The notes below the pieces were generated by a model. The model was not told the origin of the DNA, ran no database searches, and saw nothing but the letters and a program-made list of their open reading frames with translations. From a virus (taxonomy: Duplodnaviria > Heunggongvirae > Uroviricota > Caudoviricetes): DNA of 64,000 bases. Location: the IMG/VR virus record IMGVR_UViG_3300037312_000757; one strand, written 5' to 3'. Below are positions 60,901 to 64,000 of the stretch, in pieces. Each line of letters starts with the position of its first letter. The stretch's first letter is position 1. The position numbers and the translations under genes were made by a program.

Positions 60901-62043
60901 ATGGTTCCAAGCATTAAAGGACATTTTGGCTGTTGTGCCGGTCACACCAGAATTGGAAGATCCAATTCCATATGAAAGGCTAAGGAAATTACCAGAATTA
61001 CCAAAAAGGAAGGCACAAGAGGAGGCTACACCAAAATCCCAATAACTTACAAAGGAAACTGATGACGACGATGTTGGATATATCCATGCCTCTATAGTGA
61101 AATCACCAGTAAATTGATAATTGGTGCTTGAAGGAGCAGTCAAATATCCGGATGATCCATCAAACCATGCTGATCCACCATATGTTGATATGCCATAAGA
61201 TGTTCCATTGTCACCGAAAGGATTAAAGCGTTGAGCCTTAACAGTGCCATTTGCCGTTACTGAATATGAATTTGAGCTTTTATCAAGTATAGCGTTTGAC
61301 TGGCATGTCAAAAGAACAGTATTTGTGACAGCAGTTAATGGTGAAGTTGAAGGTGTAAAAGCTGCGGTATACAGAGCTGTGCCATTCACAACACGCAAGT
61401 TACTTATAAATCCATTCCAAAAGTTGGCGACGCTATATCTAGCACCAATAGTGGTAGTAATTCCGGCCACATAATTGGTTGAATCAGTAACGGTTGAAAC
61501 TACAGAGCCGTTAACAAACAGTTTACCAGTGGTACCATGGCGTGAATATGCCACATGCGTCCATGTTCCAACTGGAATATCGGTAGACGACGGATCTGAA
61601 GTAATATTTCCAGCATTATTACCCCAGCTCAAACCCGTAGCGCTATTTAACGCTGTACCAAAGTACCAACTAGTAGTTTGTGCTGAAGTACGAGAATCGA
61701 TAATGAACATAGGCGTTGTCTGCGCAGTCAGCAAAAATACCCAACATTCAACTGTGAAATCGTTAGTACCAAATGCTAATGAACTTCCAGTTGGCGCAGT
61801 CAAATAACCAGTTGAACCGTCAAATTGATTGCTCCAATTTGAGCCGTATGGTGTAAATGTACCCTCTGTTGTACCATTTCTTGATAAAACAGAGACGCTG
61901 GTGGCCACTGATGTGTTATTGGCTGCCGTATTCGAGCCATTTCCATGTATCAACGCCGATACATAATTGAAATTGGCGTCTGTTGGGGCAGAATTTCCAC
62001 TACCTTTTTGTCCAGATGCCATCAAAAGTTTTAAATTACTCAT
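57955..62043 (-). CDS. LamG/concanavalin A-like lectin repeat virion protein (6 modules), paralogue of 52925..57688
   Basis: Same termini (PTDANF..V.AL.HG; AFPNQ) and shared modules. Confidence 0.85.
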   Translation of the reverse strand: MSNLKLLMASGQKGSGNSAPTDANFNYVSALIHGNGSNTAANNTSVATSVSVLSRNGTTEGTFTPYGSNWSNQFDGSTGYLTAPTGSSLAFGTNDFTVECWVFLLTAQTTPMFIIDSRTSAQTTSWYFGTALNSATGLSWGNNAGNITSDPSSTDIPVGTWTHVAYSRHGTTGKLFVNGSVVSTVTDSTNYVAGITTTIGARYSVANFWNGFISNLRVVNGTALYTAAFTPSTSPLTAVTNTVLLTCQSNAILDKSSNSYSVTANGTVKAQRFNPFGDNGTSYGISTYGGSAWFDGSSGYLTAPSSTNYQFTGDFTIEAWIYPTSSSSVSFVSYWDFGVASSCAFLFGNSGNFLSLSYGIGSSNSGVTGTTAKMSFNAWNHIAVTRQGSTIRLFVNGIQDATTATASGSFNNSPQPLFIGADNNNSSFTAQKYFSGYMSDVRIVNGTALYTGNFTVNTAPLSSVTNTTLLYNAQSGGSIGIYDNAMQQDIQTIGTAQISNAQAKFSSSSMYFNGTLTNSVYPSLRTPGSALQLNSSNFTVEAWIYPTASSQSGQILGIQKNGVNTDWLFYLNAGKLGFHWNNSSDFTSSTSPTVNAWSHVAATRSGSTLYLFVNGTLAGSTTLTGSIGVGTGDNFTIGADSLSTGLPFTGYITEARITIGVARYTATFTAPTSAFPNSISSDPYFNYVALLIHGTGQNAYNNSVAVATMPQSSLSLTRAGTLTEGSFTPYGSNWSDFLSSTSTSSYLTYGASTSAGPANQTFTMEAWVMFDSLPTTTGSNGEFVIWQKGRTGTSNFELAWGVQNTGSGYQILCQVSGNGTTVASANSSNISLTAGTWNHFAITQVGGSGTTNFWFNGQSASSMSHGIANMFVGTGLAAIGNNSTGTNPTWQGYISNIRVVFGSQVYTSTFTPSSAPLTAITGTNVLTCQSSTYIDNSPNAWAITANGPMIKTRFNPFGDNATPYSTTTYGGSCWFAGSGSNLSYASSAQFGFGTGAFTIEAWVYVNAFCPNNGAIVDLRASVSSTALSVSIDSTGHLYYYDGPNNTTYSDTTALSLNTWYHVALTRDAFGIWRLFKNGSQVQTSTAADNVGSSQPLLIGQSINGTSTYFNGYISDLRITNGRALYTATFTPPTTPLTANIGTNFLYKAQNAGIYDNAMQQLVETLGAQISTSKYKFGGSSIQFATSTGTHTGMVALKGTENMPLGSRNFTIEGWFYVNGVSSTNPNHDGFFAYRSAVAQYSPIYLGTNQGQFEMAGSTTGSSWDLDVVSTASIPLSSWFHVAVVRNGSTITLYLNGTSIATLTTSAALMNPVAPLVVGASSTTFTTGTDYVLNGFGQDFRITYGLARYTANFTPPTTAFPNQ

Positions 62044-62140
62044 TGTTTCTCTCTAAAACCCATTGTGATGATAATTAGTTTGGTATTTATTGAATAGTAA
62101 AAGAGCCCCATTTGGGGCTCTTTATTACTCAAAGAATGAT

Positions 62141-62710
62141 TTACCAGCCAGTTGAATAATCATAAGATGCAACAGCAGCTACAGTAGTTAAAGCCATAAT
62201 ATTGTCATGATGTGCTTTTTCATTTGTGAATGCACCTTGCACTTGCGTCTGGATTTGATCAATCAAAGCTTTTGCATCGCTAGGAGCCATACTCAACCAA
62301 CCATTAATACCTTTGAAGTCGATTGTGGCTGTACCATTTGAAACCACATTAAGAATTGACATAACATCAGAGTCAACTGGAATCGAAACACTATTGTAGA
62401 CAACAGGTTTATATGCAACTCCATATCGATAAGCCGCAACCTTATTCAACAAGATTTGTTGAGCTTGATCTAGTGGTAAATCTGTTTGAATCCAAGTTAT
62501 TGAATAGGTACCATCGGGATTCTGTGTTGGTGTACCTTGCGAGAATGATGAAAATTCAGACGTTGGGCAAGGAGTGAATAGTAATTCTGCTACCCCAAAG
62601 CCAGCAATATCTGCAGGTGAAAGAACTGCTGGGAATGAAACCAATGGATTGCGAGCACGGAATTCTTGCTCTGAAATTGGTTGCATCGTTGTTAAATCGA
62701 GTAAGTTCAT
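62141..62710 (-). CDS. tail fibre chaperone-like protein (DUF4376-like C-terminus)
   Basis: P.VSFP..L...D...FG; A.YRY; FK..NGW; VQ.AF..E; terminal GW. Confidence 0.65.
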   Translation of the reverse strand: MNLLDLTTMQPISEQEFRARNPLVSFPAVLSPADIAGFGVAELLFTPCPTSEFSSFSQGTPTQNPDGTYSITWIQTDLPLDQAQQILLNKVAAYRYGVAYKPVVYNSVSIPVDSDVMSILNVVSNGTATIDFKGINGWLSMAPSDAKALIDQIQTQVQGAFTNEKAHHDNIMALTTVAAVASYDYSTGW

Positions 62711-62720
62711 TTAGAAATCC

Positions 62721-64000
62721 TTATTGAATATTCAGGCCGATCACGAAGACCATGTAAGTTGAAGTTGTGACGTCATACTTCACACCCAACATGTCAACGC
62801 CTGCTGATGTGAGAGTTGGAGCAGTACCTGCAGCAAACTTTGTGGAAGCTGGCCATGTGATTGCGGCTGAACCACCGTTTGTCACACGCAGATAAACCAC
62901 TTCGCCACGGTTAGCGGCCAATGTGTTTGTGAATGCGAATGTTGTCGCACCAGTAATTGTCATTGTCCACTCTGTAGCTGCTGACAGATCAAGTGTTTGA
63001 GTGCCTGAAACGTTACCCAAAGCTGAAACCGTGTAGCTGTATGAATCACTCTGTGTACGACCAGTTATTACTGGTGATGATGCTGATGCTCGAGAAGTAT
63101 CAGTTGGGTGAACGTGATCCGCACGAGCAAATGTCGTACCGGTACCAACTGCTGCCGTACCAGCTTGCAATGGTGTGGTTGATGATGCTTGACCCAACAC
63201 GAATGCAGTTGTTGCCAACTGTGTGGTATTGGTATTGACTGCTGCGGTTGGTGCGGTGGGTGTCCCAGTCAGAGCAGCTGAAGCCGGATTTACTGGTGTG
63301 TAAGTCAACGCTGTGGTTACGTCTGAACTTTGCAGTGTGACGGCACCAGTACGCGTATTGAATGACGAAACACCTGAGGCATTCACAGCACTTGTTACGA
63401 ATGCTGTAGTCGCAATCTGCGTTGTATTCGTGCCTGCCGTTGCTGTGGGCGCTGTTGGCGTACCTGTTAGAGCGGCTGAGGCTGGGTTTACTGGTGTGTA
63501 TGTCAAAGCTGTGGTGATGTCTGAGCTTTGAAGTACGATTGCACCAGTACGACCGAATACTGATGTGACTGGGGCGGAACCAGCACCAGCAATATTACGC
63601 CAAGCTGTGCCATCGAAGAATACGTAATCGCCGACGTTGAATGTTGTGATGCCATCCAAATAACTTGTGAACGAGAACGGACCACCAGTAATTACACTGA
63701 CTGTTCGATCAACTGTAATACCCACGCCAGGGTTAATATTTATGATGATACCCAAGAATGTACTTGAGCTGCTGTCTGTAACACCCATACCAAGTGAAAG
63801 ACCGGTTGTGCTATTCAATTGATATGAATTGAACGAACCGCTAATACCATGTGGAATACCGATCGACAATGATGCGCCAGCTGTTGAAACCTTGTACAGT
63901 TTACCAGCTGTGCCGGCACTAGACATCAACTGTGGTGTGTTCGTAGTCGCATTCCATGTACCAGTATAGTTCAGCATGCCTGAGTCATTTGACAGCTGAC
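62721..64000 (-). CDS. tail fibre protein, 5'-truncated by the window edge
   Basis: The frame stays open to position 64000 (..QLSNDSG-MLNYTGTWNA); duplicated AALTGTPTAPT..ATTAFV unit; FARADHVHP; ITWPAS.KFA.GTAP.L. Confidence 0.8.
   Translation of the reverse strand, partial: QLSNDSGMLNYTGTWNATTNTPQLMSSAGTAGKLYKVSTAGASLSIGIPHGISGSFNSYQLNSTTGLSLGMGVTDSSSSTFLGIIININPGVGITVDRTVSVITGGPFSFTSYLDGITTFNVGDYVFFDGTAWRNIAGAGSAPVTSVFGRTGAIVLQSSDITTALTYTPVNPASAALTGTPTAPTATAGTNTTQIATTAFVTSAVNASGVSSFNTRTGAVTLQSSDVTTALTYTPVNPASAALTGTPTAPTAAVNTNTTQLATTAFVLGQASSTTPLQAGTAAVGTGTTFARADHVHPTDTSRASASSPVITGRTQSDSYSYTVSALGNVSGTQTLDLSAATEWTMTITGATTFAFTNTLAANRGEVVYLRVTNGGSAAITWPASTKFAAGTAPTLTSAGVDMLGVKYDVTTSTYMVFVIGLNIQ

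Larger units (their letters stand above)
12042..62089 (-). promoter_or_regulatory. dispersed family of T4-like late promoters (TAAATA core)
   Basis: TATTTA on the plus strand upstream of minus-strand genes at 12042, 13514, 17177, 17728, 19157, 21194, 28813, 36641, 39879, 42249, 43085, 43808, 46951, 52253, 52865, 57851 and 62084 (also 3028). Confidence 0.75.

Noticed and set aside
49568-62043. Diversity-generating retroelement suggested by the Mtd_N domain and duplicated LamG segments
   Set aside because: No reverse transcriptase in the window, and paralogue differences are synonymous and not adenine-specific
1-64000. tRNA, rRNA, integrase or transposase genes
   Set aside because: No cloverleaf or T-loop consensus and no recombinase motifs recognised by eye; a tRNAscan run would be needed to exclude tRNAs formally

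Overview
This 64 kb window comes from a large lytic tailed phage with T4-related replication genes; its gene content resembles RaK2/GAP32-type jumbo myoviruses. Almost all genes are on the minus strand. From left to right: (1) a 7-deazaguanine-type nucleotide cluster (partial queE, folE, a QueD-like LxxxHRHxF protein, a purine PRTase, a GT-B glycosyltransferase) with an inserted dadA; (2) replication and repair genes (Ogg-like glycosylase, putative sliding clamp, family B DNA polymerase, DsbA-like protein, UvsE, ATP-dependent ligase); (3) a holin-like gene and a RyR-domain gene; (4) virion fibre genes; (5) a clpA/def/dnaJ proteostasis cluster and spanins; (6) about 27 kb of tail-fibre, lectin and chaperone genes. 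The most unusual items are a monocistronic captured flagellar-cap (FliD) head domain, a ~2 kb non-coding locus with oppositely oriented CCTCAGAGG/TCTGAG repeats and a strand-skew switch (candidate origin, with a smaller sister locus at 42.3 kb), a homopolymer frameshift in def, and module-permuted LamG fibre paralogues. All family calls come from motif recognition by eye; no searches were run.
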